IMG/VR virus record: IMGVR_UViG_3300033175_000390
Reading direction: 5' to 3' (one strand)
Source: an uncultured virus (IMG/VR IMGVR_UViG_3300033175_000390)
Taxonomy: Duplodnaviria; Heunggongvirae; Uroviricota; Caudoviricetes
Length of the DNA: 64,000 nucleotides
The translations under genes were made by a program, and so were the position numbers. A model generated the notes under the pieces. The model did not search any database. It saw only the letters and a list, made by a program, of their open reading frames with translations, and was not told the DNA's origin. Numbering within the stretch: position 1 is the first letter of the stretch; the number at the start of each line of letters is the position of its first letter. Below, one piece after another: positions 39,077 to 49,086 of this stretch.

Positions 39077-39852
39077 TACAGACCGTACTCAGATACCCCG
39101 GCGCCAAGTGGGTCTTGTCAAAATGGATATGCGACAACCTCCCATCTCACGAAGTCTACCTTGAACCATTCTTCGGGAGCGGCGCGGTGTTTTTCGGCAA
39201 AAAGCCATGCCACACCGAGACAATAAATGACCTCGACGGCGACGTGGTGAACCTCTTCAAGGTTATCCGCGAGCGCGCCGAGGAACTATGCGAGGCCGTG
39301 TCACTCACGCCTTGGGCGCGTGACGAATATTACAAGTCCTACAAATGTGATAGTTCAGATGACGTGGAGCGGGCGCGGGTTTTCCTCGTCCGCTGCTGGC
39401 AAGCCTTCGGTACCCGTACCGGCCAGCGCAGCGGATGGCGAAACCGTACCATCGGCAAAAGTCCAAAAGAGCCGAACACCTGGCGCAAACTACCGGAACG
39501 TATTCAGGCGGCAGCCGACAGGCTACTCGGTGTCCAGATTGAGAATACGGACGCGCTTTCGCTCATCGGCCGCTATAACTCCACGAACTGCCTGATATAC
39601 GCCGACCCGCCGTACATGGCGGGCACCAGAAGCAAAAGCATCTACGCTTATGAGTGCGACGACGGTTACCATGTCCGCTTGCTCGACAAACTTACCGCGC
39701 ACAGCGGGTCGGTAGTGCTGTCCGGTTATGACAGCCCGCTTTACAACGAGCGATTAAAAGACTGGAGGCGCATCGAAAAGGATGCCCGTGCCGAACGTGG
39801 CATGGGGCGGCGCGAGGTGCTGTGGATTAAGGAGGCGGTCGCCAATGAATAA
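39073..39852 (+). CDS. Dam-like (D12 class) DNA adenine methyltransferase
   Basis: RYPGAK, EPFFGSG, INDLD, YADPPY. Confidence 0.9.
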   Translation: MIQTVLRYPGAKWVLSKWICDNLPSHEVYLEPFFGSGAVFFGKKPCHTETINDLDGDVVNLFKVIRERAEELCEAVSLTPWARDEYYKSYKCDSSDDVERARVFLVRCWQAFGTRTGQRSGWRNRTIGKSPKEPNTWRKLPERIQAAADRLLGVQIENTDALSLIGRYNSTNCLIYADPPYMAGTRSKSIYAYECDDGYHVRLLDKLTAHSGSVVLSGYDSPLYNERLKDWRRIEKDARAERGMGRREVLWIKEAVANE

Positions 39853-39963
39853 GAAAATCACCCTACCCTGCCTGGTATTCGTTCTCGGCGGTATTGTGTC
39901 ATACACACAAGGATAAAGGGCTGTTTTTCCTTGATATTCGGTACATTTATTATCACATATACG

Positions 39964-39996
39964 CTTGCTATTACAGGTGTTTAGAGTGATATATGT
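39964..39996 (+). promoter_or_regulatory. 33-bp repeated promoter-like element copy 1
   Basis: CTTGCTATTACAGGTGTTTAGAGTGATATATGT; 31/33 identical to 41495-41527. Confidence 0.65.
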
Positions 39997-40051
39997 AATG
40001 CGCGGAGGGTAACAAGCCCCCGCAAAATCAAGGAAAACGGAGGAAACGAAC

Positions 40052-41032
40052 ATGAAAATCAACTATAACGTAACAGGCTCGGAACGCAAATCACTGGTGG
40101 CGGCCATCAGCCAAGAACTGAACGCCCCAACCAAGTACCTCGGAGCACCGTCATTCGCCTATGAAGTGGGTGGCTACCACATTGATAAGAACGGCACAGT
40201 CACGGGCGAGGATAACCGCGAGCTGGTCGCAGACCTTTGCGGTTTGCACAGCTTCAGGGCGGTCAGCGAAGAATACGACACGCCGACCACCGAAGCCGAG
40301 GAGTCCCCCGCTTTTGCTGACTTACAGCTTATCGCAAACGAGGAATTGGGGCTTGGGCGGGAACGCCGCGACCCTGTCGGCGAAAACGGAATGCAAGCAA
40401 ACGATGTTCCCGAAAGCTACACCTACCAAGCGGAACTCAGCGACCCCGATTGCCCTGACCGTATGGAGGTTTTTGGCGCGGAGAATGACGAGGACGCTTT
40501 ACGGCAGGCTTACGAGTTATGTGAAGGCGAGGTAGTTTTGCTTGAACTCTTCCAACTGGACGAGGATTACAACATCATCCGCTCGGTGGAGATTACACCC
40601 CGAACCGACTGCCTTACCATTGAAATACCCCTTGACGGCTTCACGCCTGAGAAGCTCGACAACCTCGCCAAACTGGTGAATGCCAAAGCCCCGCTTATCA
40701 AGGCGGCGCTCGGCACGGATGACCTGCCGATTAAGCAGACCAGCGACAAGCTCCAGTTCCCTTGGTTTAGAGGAACGATTGACGCGGAATACACGGAAGC
40801 CTACGCCACGCTGGTCAGCCTGCTCTGCAAGACGGCGCTTGAAAAGAAGCGTGTCACGGCAAAAGAAAAGGACGGCATTGACAATCCCAAATACGCCATG
40901 CGGTGCTTCCTGCTCTCCCTCGGCTTCATCGGAGACGAATACAAAGCGGCTCGGAAGATACTGCTTTCAAGACTTGAGGGCAATTCAAGCTGGAAAAGCG
41001 GCAAGAAAATGGAGGTGACGGACAGTGAATAA
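40052..41032 (+). CDS. Conserved prophage accessory protein
   Basis: ERKSLVAAIS...YLGAPSFAY; NPKYAMRCFLLSLGFIG...LEGNSSW. Confidence 0.7.
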   Translation: MKINYNVTGSERKSLVAAISQELNAPTKYLGAPSFAYEVGGYHIDKNGTVTGEDNRELVADLCGLHSFRAVSEEYDTPTTEAEESPAFADLQLIANEELGLGRERRDPVGENGMQANDVPESYTYQAELSDPDCPDRMEVFGAENDEDALRQAYELCEGEVVLLELFQLDEDYNIIRSVEITPRTDCLTIEIPLDGFTPEKLDNLAKLVNAKAPLIKAALGTDDLPIKQTSDKLQFPWFRGTIDAEYTEAYATLVSLLCKTALEKKRVTAKEKDGIDNPKYAMRCFLLSLGFIGDEYKAARKILLSRLEGNSSWKSGKKMEVTDSE

Positions 41033-41435
41033 TTTCATTTCAAAGGCCTCCCTCGAAGCTCGGAGGGCAAGGTACAAAAAAGGCGCAAGTGTAGAGCTAG
41101 TCTCCATGAACGACCCTTACACCAAACTGAAGCCCGGCGATACTGGCACGGTAGATTTCGTGGACGACACAGGCACGGTTTTCATTATCTGGGACAGCGG
41201 TTCACACCTTGGTGTGGTTTTTGGAGAGGATGAAATTAGGCTGCTTTCCAAAGCCGAAGTTATAAAAGAGCAATGCCGTAAGGTGGCGGCCACGGGGCGC
41301 ACGAATATGTTTGACACCAAGGCAGTATTGGAAATAGCCCTTGAGATGGGTTTTAGTGAGTTGGCGGACTTGATTGCCGACACCAAGCGCTACTCCACCC
41401 TGATACTTACGGGCAAGCTTGACGGAGTGGAATAA
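41025..41435 (+). CDS. DUF4314 + DUF5049-like fusion protein
   Basis: VELVSMNDPY...GTVDFVDDTG...WDSGS.L; TGRTNMFD. Confidence 0.7.
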   Translation: MNNFISKASLEARRARYKKGASVELVSMNDPYTKLKPGDTGTVDFVDDTGTVFIIWDSGSHLGVVFGEDEIRLLSKAEVIKEQCRKVAATGRTNMFDTKAVLEIALEMGFSELADLIADTKRYSTLILTGKLDGVE

Positions 41436-41494
41436 AACACAAATTCGACGACAACATAGCACCAAAGATTGTGTAATTTATAGCGGGCAAACGA

Positions 41495-41527
41495 CTTGCT
41501 ATTACAGCGGTTTAGAGTGATATATGT
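41495..41527 (+). promoter_or_regulatory. 33-bp repeated promoter-like element copy 2
   Basis: CTTGCTATTACAGCGGTTTAGAGTGATATATGT. Confidence 0.65.
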
Positions 41528-41565
41528 GTATGCCGCAAGGCACACAACACCTGAACAGGAGGTCA

Positions 41566-41757
41566 ATGACGATGAACGACAAACAATGGCAACAGGTCGA
41601 AGCGCAACTGCCTCAAGGAGCGAAAATCCTGCGCACTTACAACGCCTTCGAGAATGGCGAATTGCGGATAATCGTACAACTCCCCGGCGAGCGGTTCGAA
41701 ACCCGCTACATCATCCACTTTGTGGGCGAAGACGTAAGACTGGAACACAGGCCGTAA
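41566..41757 (+). CDS. Small hypothetical protein
   Basis: AGGAGG RBS downstream of the repeated promoter. Confidence 0.55.
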   Translation: MTMNDKQWQQVEAQLPQGAKILRTYNAFENGELRIIVQLPGERFETRYIIHFVGEDVRLEHRP

Positions 41758-41836
41758 TAAACAGCGAAATAGCCGAGGACACCCCGCAAGCACCGAGCCG
41801 GTGTGGCAGGGCTGTCTCTCGTACAGATAGATTTTG

Positions 41837-41865
41837 AGGACTTCTTCGGAGGTCTTTTTATTTTG
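41837..41865 (+). terminator. Intrinsic terminator-like hairpin
   Basis: GAGGACTTC-TTCG-GAGGTCTTT followed by T-rich run. Confidence 0.55.
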
Positions 41866-41883
41866 CGCGGAAGGAGGATGGCG

Positions 41884-43491
41884 ATGCCTGAATTCAAATA
41901 TAAACCAACTCCACTCATGCTACCGACCAGTCGATACGAAGAGCGGCGGGCGGACTTTGCTGTTAATTTCATATCCATGCTCAAGCACACCACCGGCGAA
42001 TGGTACGGGAAGCCGTTCCGTCTGATGCCGTGGCAGGAACAGATTGTACGTGACATTTTTGGCATCGTCGGCGAGGATGGCTACAGGCAGTTTCGCACGG
42101 CGTATGTCGAGGTCGGTAAGAAGAACGGCAAGTCCGAACTGGCGGCGGCAATTGCCCTCTACCTTCTGTTCGCCGATGGCGAAGCGGGTGCCGAGGTCTA
42201 CTCCTGCGCCGCCGACATCAACCAGGCGAGTATCGTTTTCAACACTGCCAAGGCGATGGTCGAGCAATGCGGCGATTTGGCAAAGCTGTCCAAACTCGTG
42301 CCATCCACCAAGCGGATTATATTCCCGCACACCAACAGTTTTTACAGGGTATTGTCGAGCGAAACCAAGTCCAAACAGGGCTTCAATGTGTCGGGGCTTA
42401 TATTCGATGAACTTTTCGCCCAGCAGACCAGAGAATTGTTCGATACGATGACCAAGTATACCGGCGATGCCAGACGGCAGCCCCTCTACTTCCTCATCAC
42501 CACGGCGGGCCGGGATAAGACGAGCATTTGCTATGAAATCCACCAGAAAGCCAAGGCGGTTATGGACGGCTCGAAGGTTGACCCATCCTTCTATCCCGCC
42601 GTGTTCGGCATCAATGAGGATGATGATTGGAACGATGAATCCGTCTGGCGGCGGGTCAATCCCTCCATCGGCGTGACGATTCCCTTTGAAACAGTGCTGG
42701 CCGCCTACGAACAGGCAAAGCAGAACCCCGCTGAGGAGATGCACTTCCGGCAATTTCGTCTGAACGAATGGTGCAACGCCGATATCAGGTGGATGCCTAT
42801 GGATAAATGGGACGCCTGCGGCGAGGACTTAGACTTTGACGAATACGAGGGTCGGGATTGCTATTGCGGTCTCGACCTTTCCAGTACCGGCGACCTCACG
42901 GCTCTGGTGCTGGTATTCCCACCTACCCTCGGCGATACCAAATACACGGTGATGCCGTTTTACTGGCTGCCGGAGGATGTTATCGACCTGCGAACACGGC
43001 GCGACCATGTTCCCTACGCTGTGTGGAAAAAGGCGGGTGTGTTCAACACCACCGAGGGCAATGTGGTGGACTACGACTATATCGTGGCTTTCATCGGCAA
43101 GCTGTCGGAGCGTTTCAAAATTCGGGAAATCGCCTACGACCGCTACGGCGCGGAGAAGATTCGCCGCGACCTGGAGGAATTGGGCGCGGAGCATGGCTTT
43201 ACGGTATTTCCCTTCGGTCAGGGCTTCATATCCTTGTCCCCGCCGTCAAAGGACTTCTACCAGTTCGTGATGGAGGGCAAAATCCGGCACGGCAAGCACC
43301 CCGTCCTCGACTGGAATATGGCAAATGTTATTGTCGACCAGGACGCGGCGGGCAACATCAAGCCCAACAAAAAGAAATCAACGGAGAAAATAGACGGCGT
43401 GGTGGCGCTGATTATGGGAATTGCGAGAGCGACCCTCGGCGGTGGTATCGACGGCAGCGTCTATGACGAAAGGGGGTTGTTGTTTATATGA
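41884..43491 (+). CDS. terL: Terminase large subunit
   Basis: KKNGKSE Walker A, IFDEL, GLDLS, KIDGVVA. Confidence 0.95.
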   Translation: MPEFKYKPTPLMLPTSRYEERRADFAVNFISMLKHTTGEWYGKPFRLMPWQEQIVRDIFGIVGEDGYRQFRTAYVEVGKKNGKSELAAAIALYLLFADGEAGAEVYSCAADINQASIVFNTAKAMVEQCGDLAKLSKLVPSTKRIIFPHTNSFYRVLSSETKSKQGFNVSGLIFDELFAQQTRELFDTMTKYTGDARRQPLYFLITTAGRDKTSICYEIHQKAKAVMDGSKVDPSFYPAVFGINEDDDWNDESVWRRVNPSIGVTIPFETVLAAYEQAKQNPAEEMHFRQFRLNEWCNADIRWMPMDKWDACGEDLDFDEYEGRDCYCGLDLSSTGDLTALVLVFPPTLGDTKYTVMPFYWLPEDVIDLRTRRDHVPYAVWKKAGVFNTTEGNVVDYDYIVAFIGKLSERFKIREIAYDRYGAEKIRRDLEELGAEHGFTVFPFGQGFISLSPPSKDFYQFVMEGKIRHGKHPVLDWNMANVIVDQDAAGNIKPNKKKSTEKIDGVVALIMGIARATLGGGIDGSVYDERGLLFI

Positions 43492-44732
43492 GCATATTTT
43501 CAGGGCTGTTCCGTTCACGGGATAAGCCTAAAAACCGTGTCGGCGGCGGCTGGAGTTTCCTCTTCGGCAGTACGACCAGTGGCAAGGCAGTCAATGAGCG
43601 AACGGCGATGCAGACCTCAGCGGTCTACGCCTGTGTCCGCATCCTTGCCGAATCGGTGGCGGGACTTCCGCTCCATGTTTACGAGCGAACTTCCAACGGA
43701 AGCAAAGCCACAAAGCCGTCTCATCCCCTTTACCGACTGCTCCATGATGAGCCAAACCATGAGATGACTTCATTTGTGTTCAGGGAAACGCTTATGAGTC
43801 ATCTTTTACTATGGGGCAACGCCTACGCGCAGGTTATCAGGGACGGCAGGGGCTTTCCGATTGCCCTCTACCCGCTTCTGCCGGACAGGATATCGGTCGA
43901 CCGCAACAATAACGGCGAAATAGTCTACATCTATCAAAGCGACAAGGGTCAGGTGAAACTGCGGCGTGAGAATGTACTGCACATCCCCGGTCTGGGTTTC
44001 GACGGTTTAATCGGCTACTCCCCAATTGCGATGGCGAAGAACGCCGTGGGGCTTGCCATCGCAACAGAGGACTACGGCGCCACCTTTTTTGCCAATGGCG
44101 CAAACCCCGGCGGCGTGCTGGAACATCCCGGCGTGGTCAAAGACCCCGACAGGCTTCGGGAGTCATGGCAGACGCAGTTTTCAGGTACAAACGCCCATAA
44201 GGTGGCGGTTCTGGAGGAAGGACTCAAGTTTCATCAGATGTCCATCCCGCCCGAGCAGGCACAATTTTTGGAGACCCGCAAGTTTCAGATAAACGAAATA
44301 GCGAGGATATTCCGCGTGCCGCCCCACATGGTCGGCGACCTCGAAAAGTCGTCATTCAGTAACATTGAGCAGCAGAGCCTTGAATTCGTCAAATACACCC
44401 TCGACCCTTGGGTGATCAGGTGGGAGCAGTCTTTACAGCAGTCTCTCATCTTGCCATCGGAAAAGACGACGATCTTTATCAAGTTCAACCTCGACGGACT
44501 GCTTCGTGGCGACTATCAAAGCCGTATGCAAGGATACTCCACGGGCATTCAAAACGGCTTCATGTCGGTCAACGACGTGCGTAGCTTGGAAGATATGAAC
44601 TTGTTGACCGCCGAGGAAGGCGGCGACCTGCACTTCGTCAACGGCAACATGGTCAAGTTGGCCGACGTCGGCGCGGCGTACCTTCCTCCCGAACAGTCGG
44701 GCAACCCAAAAGAAACGGAGGACACTTCATGA
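43488..44732 (+). CDS. HK97-family portal protein
   Basis: AVYACVRILAE, LLWGNAYA, EIARIFRVPPHMVG. Confidence 0.95.
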   Translation: MSIFSGLFRSRDKPKNRVGGGWSFLFGSTTSGKAVNERTAMQTSAVYACVRILAESVAGLPLHVYERTSNGSKATKPSHPLYRLLHDEPNHEMTSFVFRETLMSHLLLWGNAYAQVIRDGRGFPIALYPLLPDRISVDRNNNGEIVYIYQSDKGQVKLRRENVLHIPGLGFDGLIGYSPIAMAKNAVGLAIATEDYGATFFANGANPGGVLEHPGVVKDPDRLRESWQTQFSGTNAHKVAVLEEGLKFHQMSIPPEQAQFLETRKFQINEIARIFRVPPHMVGDLEKSSFSNIEQQSLEFVKYTLDPWVIRWEQSLQQSLILPSEKTTIFIKFNLDGLLRGDYQSRMQGYSTGIQNGFMSVNDVRSLEDMNLLTAEEGGDLHFVNGNMVKLADVGAAYLPPEQSGNPKETEDTS

Positions 44733-45433
44733 AAGTAAAGAAATTCTGGAACTGGGTGCGAGACGAAACAACAGGCGAACGTACCCTCTACCTAGACGGG
44801 GTCATTTCCGAGGACACTTGGTGGGGAGACGAAATCACTCCAGCAATGTTTAAGTCGGAACTGTTCTCAGATAAAGGAGATATCATCATCTGGCTCAACT
44901 CACCCGGCGGCGATTGTATCGCAGCCAGCCAAATCTATGCCATGCTGATGGATTATCCGCACAACGTCACAGTTAAGATTGACGGCATTGCAGCTTCGGC
45001 GGCAAGCGTAGTAGCGATGGCGGGGACAAAAGTCCTCATGGCTCCCACCGCTCTGATGATGGTGCATAACCCGCTGACCATTGCCATCGGCGACAGCGAG
45101 GAAATGCAAAAAGCGCTGGATATGCTCGCCGAGGTGAAGGAGAGCATTATCAACGCCTATCAAATCAAGACCAACCAGAGCCGGGTAAAAATCTCCCACT
45201 GGATGGACGCCGAAACATGGATGAACGCCAACAAGGCAATGGAACTTGGCTTTGCCGATGGTGTACTGGAGGACGGCAAACGACAGCAAGCTGCTCCGAC
45301 TTATGCGTTCAGCCGCAGAGCGGTTACTAATTCCCTGCTTGACAAGGTTAAGCCGAAAATAGCAGCCGAACCTGCGCCGCAAAGCGTACCCGTTGAGTCG
45401 CTCGAAAAGCGGCTCAATTTGATTATCCACTAA
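44729..45433 (+). CDS. ClpP-like head maturation protease
   Basis: NSPGGD, AASAAS, MVHNP, ETWM. Confidence 0.92.
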   Translation: MKVKKFWNWVRDETTGERTLYLDGVISEDTWWGDEITPAMFKSELFSDKGDIIIWLNSPGGDCIAASQIYAMLMDYPHNVTVKIDGIAASAASVVAMAGTKVLMAPTALMMVHNPLTIAIGDSEEMQKALDMLAEVKESIINAYQIKTNQSRVKISHWMDAETWMNANKAMELGFADGVLEDGKRQQAAPTYAFSRRAVTNSLLDKVKPKIAAEPAPQSVPVESLEKRLNLIIH

Positions 45434-45452
45434 TTTTATGGAGGTAAAGACA

Positions 45453-46628
45453 ATGAGTAAAATTCTTGAACTGCGTGAAAAGCGCAACAAAATCTGGAAC
45501 ACCGCTAAACAGTTCCTCGACCAAAAGCGCGGCGCGGACGGGCTTGTCCCCGCTGAAGCTGCCGCTGAGTACGACAAGATGGAAGCCGACATGGTCGCCC
45601 TCGGCAAGGAAATCGAGCGCCTGGAACGTCAAGCGGCCTTCGACCTCGAAATGAGCAAGGCAACATCTGAGCCTATTGTCGGCAAGCCTATCACCCCCGA
45701 AAAACCCAAGACTGGCAGAGCTTCCGACGAGTACCGTGCAGATTTCCGCAACGTTCTGCGCGGCAAGCCGATGATTCACAATGTCATGCTGGAAGGCGTG
45801 GACGCGGACGGCGGCTATCTCGTGCCGGAGGAATTCGAACGTCAGATTATTACGGGGCTTGAGGAATCCAACGTCGTCCGCTCCATCGCCAAGGTCATCA
45901 CGACCTCTGCGGAGCGCAAAATCCCGCTTGCTTCCACCCACAGCGTAGCACAGTGGACGCTTGAAAACGGGGCGTACCAAGAAAGTAACCCCACCTTCGG
46001 GCAAATCACCGTGGACGCCTACAAGCTGACCGATCTCGTGAAGATTTCCACGGAACTCCTGCAGGATTCGATGTTCGATCTTGAAACCTACATCGCCGGG
46101 GAATTCTCCCGCGCCTTCGGCATCGCCGAGGAGCAGGCGTTTTGCGTCGGCACCGGCACGGGTCAGCCCACGGGTATCTTCACGACAAACGGTGGTCACA
46201 TCGGTGTGGCTGCGGGAGCAGCTGTCACGGTGGATAATCTTATCGACTTGATTTACAGCCTGAAAGCCCCGTACCGCAGAAACGCCAAGTTCCTGATGAA
46301 GGACAGTACCATCTCTTCGCTCCGCAAACTGAAAGACAGCAACGGTGCGTATCTCTGGCAGCCTTCTGTTCAGGCGGGTCAGCCCGACCGCTTGCTCGGC
46401 TACCCGATTTACACCTCTCCGTATGTGCCGGATGTGGCGGCGTCGGCGCTGCCGATTGCCTTCGGTGATTTCTCCAACTACTGGATTTGCGACCGTCTGG
46501 GCAGAACGGTGCAAAGGCTCAACGAACTCTACAGCACCAACGGGCAGGTCGGCTTCATCTGCACTCAGCGTGTGGACGGCAAGGTCATCCTCGCCGAAGG
46601 TATCCAACTGCTCCAGATGGGCGCGTAA
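45453..46628 (+). CDS. HK97-fold major capsid protein
   Basis: DGGYLVPEEF, LKDSNGAYLWQP, FGDFS. Confidence 0.95.
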   Translation: MSKILELREKRNKIWNTAKQFLDQKRGADGLVPAEAAAEYDKMEADMVALGKEIERLERQAAFDLEMSKATSEPIVGKPITPEKPKTGRASDEYRADFRNVLRGKPMIHNVMLEGVDADGGYLVPEEFERQIITGLEESNVVRSIAKVITTSAERKIPLASTHSVAQWTLENGAYQESNPTFGQITVDAYKLTDLVKISTELLQDSMFDLETYIAGEFSRAFGIAEEQAFCVGTGTGQPTGIFTTNGGHIGVAAGAAVTVDNLIDLIYSLKAPYRRNAKFLMKDSTISSLRKLKDSNGAYLWQPSVQAGQPDRLLGYPIYTSPYVPDVAASALPIAFGDFSNYWICDRLGRTVQRLNELYSTNGQVGFICTQRVDGKVILAEGIQLLQMGA

Positions 46629-46646
46629 GAACGGAGGTGAACGGCG

Positions 46647-46964
46647 ATGACGCCAACAGAATTGTTACCGAAAGTCAAAGAAAACCTGATACTGGCCCAC
46701 GGTGAGGACGACGCTCTGCTCCTGCGGCTCATCGCCACCGCCGTGAACTATGCGGAAAGCTATCAGCATATCGCGGAGGGCTATTACACTGAAAACCCGA
46801 TGCCGCCCACCACAGAACAGGCGGTGATTATGCTGTCGAGCCATTTCTTTGAAAGCAGAGATGGCTCGACGGCCGGTTTCTTCGCCGACAGCGTACAGGC
46901 AGGTCAGCAGGTCTGGAACACGGTCAACCTCTTACTGCGGCTGGACAGGAAGTGGAGCGTATGA
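46647..46964 (+). CDS. Head-tail connector (gp6-like)
   Basis: DDALL...QAVIMLSSHFFESR. Confidence 0.85.
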   Translation: MTPTELLPKVKENLILAHGEDDALLLRLIATAVNYAESYQHIAEGYYTENPMPPTTEQAVIMLSSHFFESRDGSTAGFFADSVQAGQQVWNTVNLLLRLDRKWSV

Positions 46965-47293
46965 GCTTTGGAAAGATGAACACCTTTGTAGACCTTATTG
47001 AGAAAGTAACTACAAAAGACTCGGAAGGTTTCAGCACTGAGATTGACAATATTGTTGCTTCAATAAGAGCATATCGGGAAGGTCGGCACGGCAACGAGAA
47101 ATGGGCAAACAGAGCCACATTCTCCGAAGCCACCGACCTTTTCCGTTTCCGCTCTATTCCAGGTGTCACCGTTACGACTGCAATGCATATTTCTTGTGAA
47201 TACGGACGATTTGAAATCACTTCTGTGGAGGATGTCAAAGGTCGTGGAATGTACATTGAAGTACTCGCCAAGGAGGTGAAGCCCAGTGGCTAA
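46961..47293 (+). CDS. Head-tail adaptor/closure protein
   Basis: Position and MSFGKMN...FEITSVEDVKGR. Confidence 0.8.
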   Translation: MSFGKMNTFVDLIEKVTTKDSEGFSTEIDNIVASIRAYREGRHGNEKWANRATFSEATDLFRFRSIPGVTVTTAMHISCEYGRFEITSVEDVKGRGMYIEVLAKEVKPSG

Positions 47294-47717
47294 ACCAACT
47301 ATGAAAATGCCGGAGGACTTCTTGTTGAAGGTTTCCCGGCTGGCCGATCAGACCGATGTCATCCTCCCCAGGGTGCTGAAAGCGGGCGGCGAGGTCGTCC
47401 TGGACAAGGTAAAAGGAAACCTAAGCTCGTCTATCGGACGCGGCACGAAATACCCGTCCAAGTCCACCGGCGAATTGATGGGCGCATTGGGGGTCTCCCC
47501 GGCGAAGCAGGATTGGGACGGCAACTTCAACGTGAAGGTCGGCTTTTCAGAACCTCGGAAGGACGGCGGCTCCAATGCCAAGATTGCCAACATCATCGAG
47601 TACGGCAAGCATGGCCAGCCGCCCAAGCCCTTCCTCAAGCCCGCCAAGTCAGCTTCACGGAAGGCTTGCATCGAAGCGATGGCCGTCAAGCTGGATGAGG
47701 AGATTAGAAACCTATGA
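47286..47717 (+). CDS. HK97 gp10-like tail component
   Basis: EYGKHGQPPKPFLKPA. Confidence 0.85.
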   Translation: MAKPTMKMPEDFLLKVSRLADQTDVILPRVLKAGGEVVLDKVKGNLSSSIGRGTKYPSKSTGELMGALGVSPAKQDWDGNFNVKVGFSEPRKDGGSNAKIANIIEYGKHGQPPKPFLKPAKSASRKACIEAMAVKLDEEIRNL

Positions 47718-48058
47718 GCATTTTATCTGAATTGAACAGCCTGCTTGACGGACTTCACATCCCGGTTGAAACAGGCGTGTTTTCCACCGCCGCCCCGGAA
47801 GAGTATGTGGTTATCACTCCCCTTGCTGATACCTACGAACTCCATGCGGACAACCGCCCGAAATTCGAGACCCAGGAAGCGCGGCTGTCATTGTTCTCCA
47901 AGGGCAGCTACACCCAGCGCAAGAACCAAATCTGCGCCGCCCTGCTGGAAACGGAGATGACCGTGACCGATCGCCGCTACGTCGGGCATGAGGATGACAC
48001 GGGCTATCACCACTACGCCATCGACGTGGCGAAAGAATACGAAGTACAGGAGGAATAA
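47714..48058 (+). CDS. Tail completion/terminator-like protein
   Basis: Position; EDDTGYHHYAIDV. Confidence 0.7.
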   Translation: MSILSELNSLLDGLHIPVETGVFSTAAPEEYVVITPLADTYELHADNRPKFETQEARLSLFSKGSYTQRKNQICAALLETEMTVTDRRYVGHEDDTGYHHYAIDVAKEYEVQEE

Positions 48059-48062
48059 CACT

Positions 48063-48656
48063 ATGGCTACTATCGGGCTTGACAAGCTCTACTACGCGCC
48101 GATTACCGAGTCGGCGGCCACGGGCGAGGAATCTTACGGCACCCCCGTCCTGTTGGCAAAAGCAATCTCAGCGGAGCTGTCGGTTGAACTGGCTGAAGCG
48201 ACCCTCTACGCCGATGACGGAGCGGCCTATGTCATCAAAGAATTTAAAAACGGAAAGCTGAAACTTGGTGTTGACGACATTGGGCGCACCCAGGCGGAAA
48301 CCCTTACCGGAGCGGCCACCGACGAAAACGGGGTGCTTATCTCATCCAGTGAGGACGGCGGACCCCCTGTCGCCATCGGCTTTCGGGCCAAGAAAGCCAA
48401 TGGCGCTTACCGCTACTTTTGGTTTTACAAAGTTAAGTTCGGGGTGCCGTCTACGAACCTGGCCACCAAAGGTGACTCCATCACTTTCTCTACGCCCACA
48501 ATTGAAGGTACGGTATCGCGCCGCAACAAACTGGACGGCAACGGCAACCACCCCTGGAAGGCTGAGGTCAACTCGGACGATGACGGTGTGGCGGCGGCGA
48601 TCATCACCGGTTGGTACACGGAAGTTTACGAGCCAGCCTTCGCTCTGCAGGGTTAA
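48063..48656 (+). CDS. Major tail protein (phi13 family)
   Basis: IGLDKLYYA, LYADDG, VAIGFRAKK. Confidence 0.9.
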   Translation: MATIGLDKLYYAPITESAATGEESYGTPVLLAKAISAELSVELAEATLYADDGAAYVIKEFKNGKLKLGVDDIGRTQAETLTGAATDENGVLISSSEDGGPPVAIGFRAKKANGAYRYFWFYKVKFGVPSTNLATKGDSITFSTPTIEGTVSRRNKLDGNGNHPWKAEVNSDDDGVAAAIITGWYTEVYEPAFALQG

Positions 48657-48670
48657 AGGAGGTCTGACCT

Positions 48671-49054
48671 ATGGATAACGAGAGAAGCGCGAAAATCAAT
48701 ATCGGGGGCACGGATTTTGAACTGGTTCTTACTACAAGAGCTACCAAGGAAATAGCCCGCCGCTATGGCGGTCTGGAAAATCTAGGCGAGAAACTGATGA
48801 AGGCTGAAAACTTCGAACTTGCCTTAGATGAGATTATCTGGCTGATTACGCTCTTAGCCAACCAGTCCATCCTCATCCATAACCTAAGAAACAAGGACGC
48901 ACCAAAATCTGTTCTTACCGAGGACGAGGTGGAACTTTTGACCTCGCCTTTGGAACTGGCCAGCTACAAGGCGGCCATCACCGAAGCGATGTTTAAAGGC
49001 ACCAAACGCGACATCGAGAGCGAGGGTGACCTAAAAAACACCGGAGCCGAGTAA
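48671..49054 (+). CDS. Tail assembly chaperone gpG
   Basis: Between major tail and tape measure genes; ends with slippery A-AAA-AAC. Confidence 0.8.
   Translation: MDNERSAKINIGGTDFELVLTTRATKEIARRYGGLENLGEKLMKAENFELALDEIIWLITLLANQSILIHNLRNKDAPKSVLTEDEVELLTSPLELASYKAAITEAMFKGTKRDIESEGDLKNTGAE
49033..49039 (+). promoter_or_regulatory. -1 programmed ribosomal frameshift site (A AAA AAC)
   Basis: X XXY YYZ heptamer in correct phase; -1 frame reads HRSRVSDDELFTRLLY up to the intron. Confidence 0.75.
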
Positions 49055-49086
49055 GCGACGATGAGTTGTTTACCCGGCTTCTTTAT

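Noticed and set aside
45423..46607. Long antisense ORFs (also 41920-42753, 44900-45607, 17403-18179, 21211-21966)
   Set aside because: Shadows of well-supported genes on the opposite strand, with no recognisable motifs
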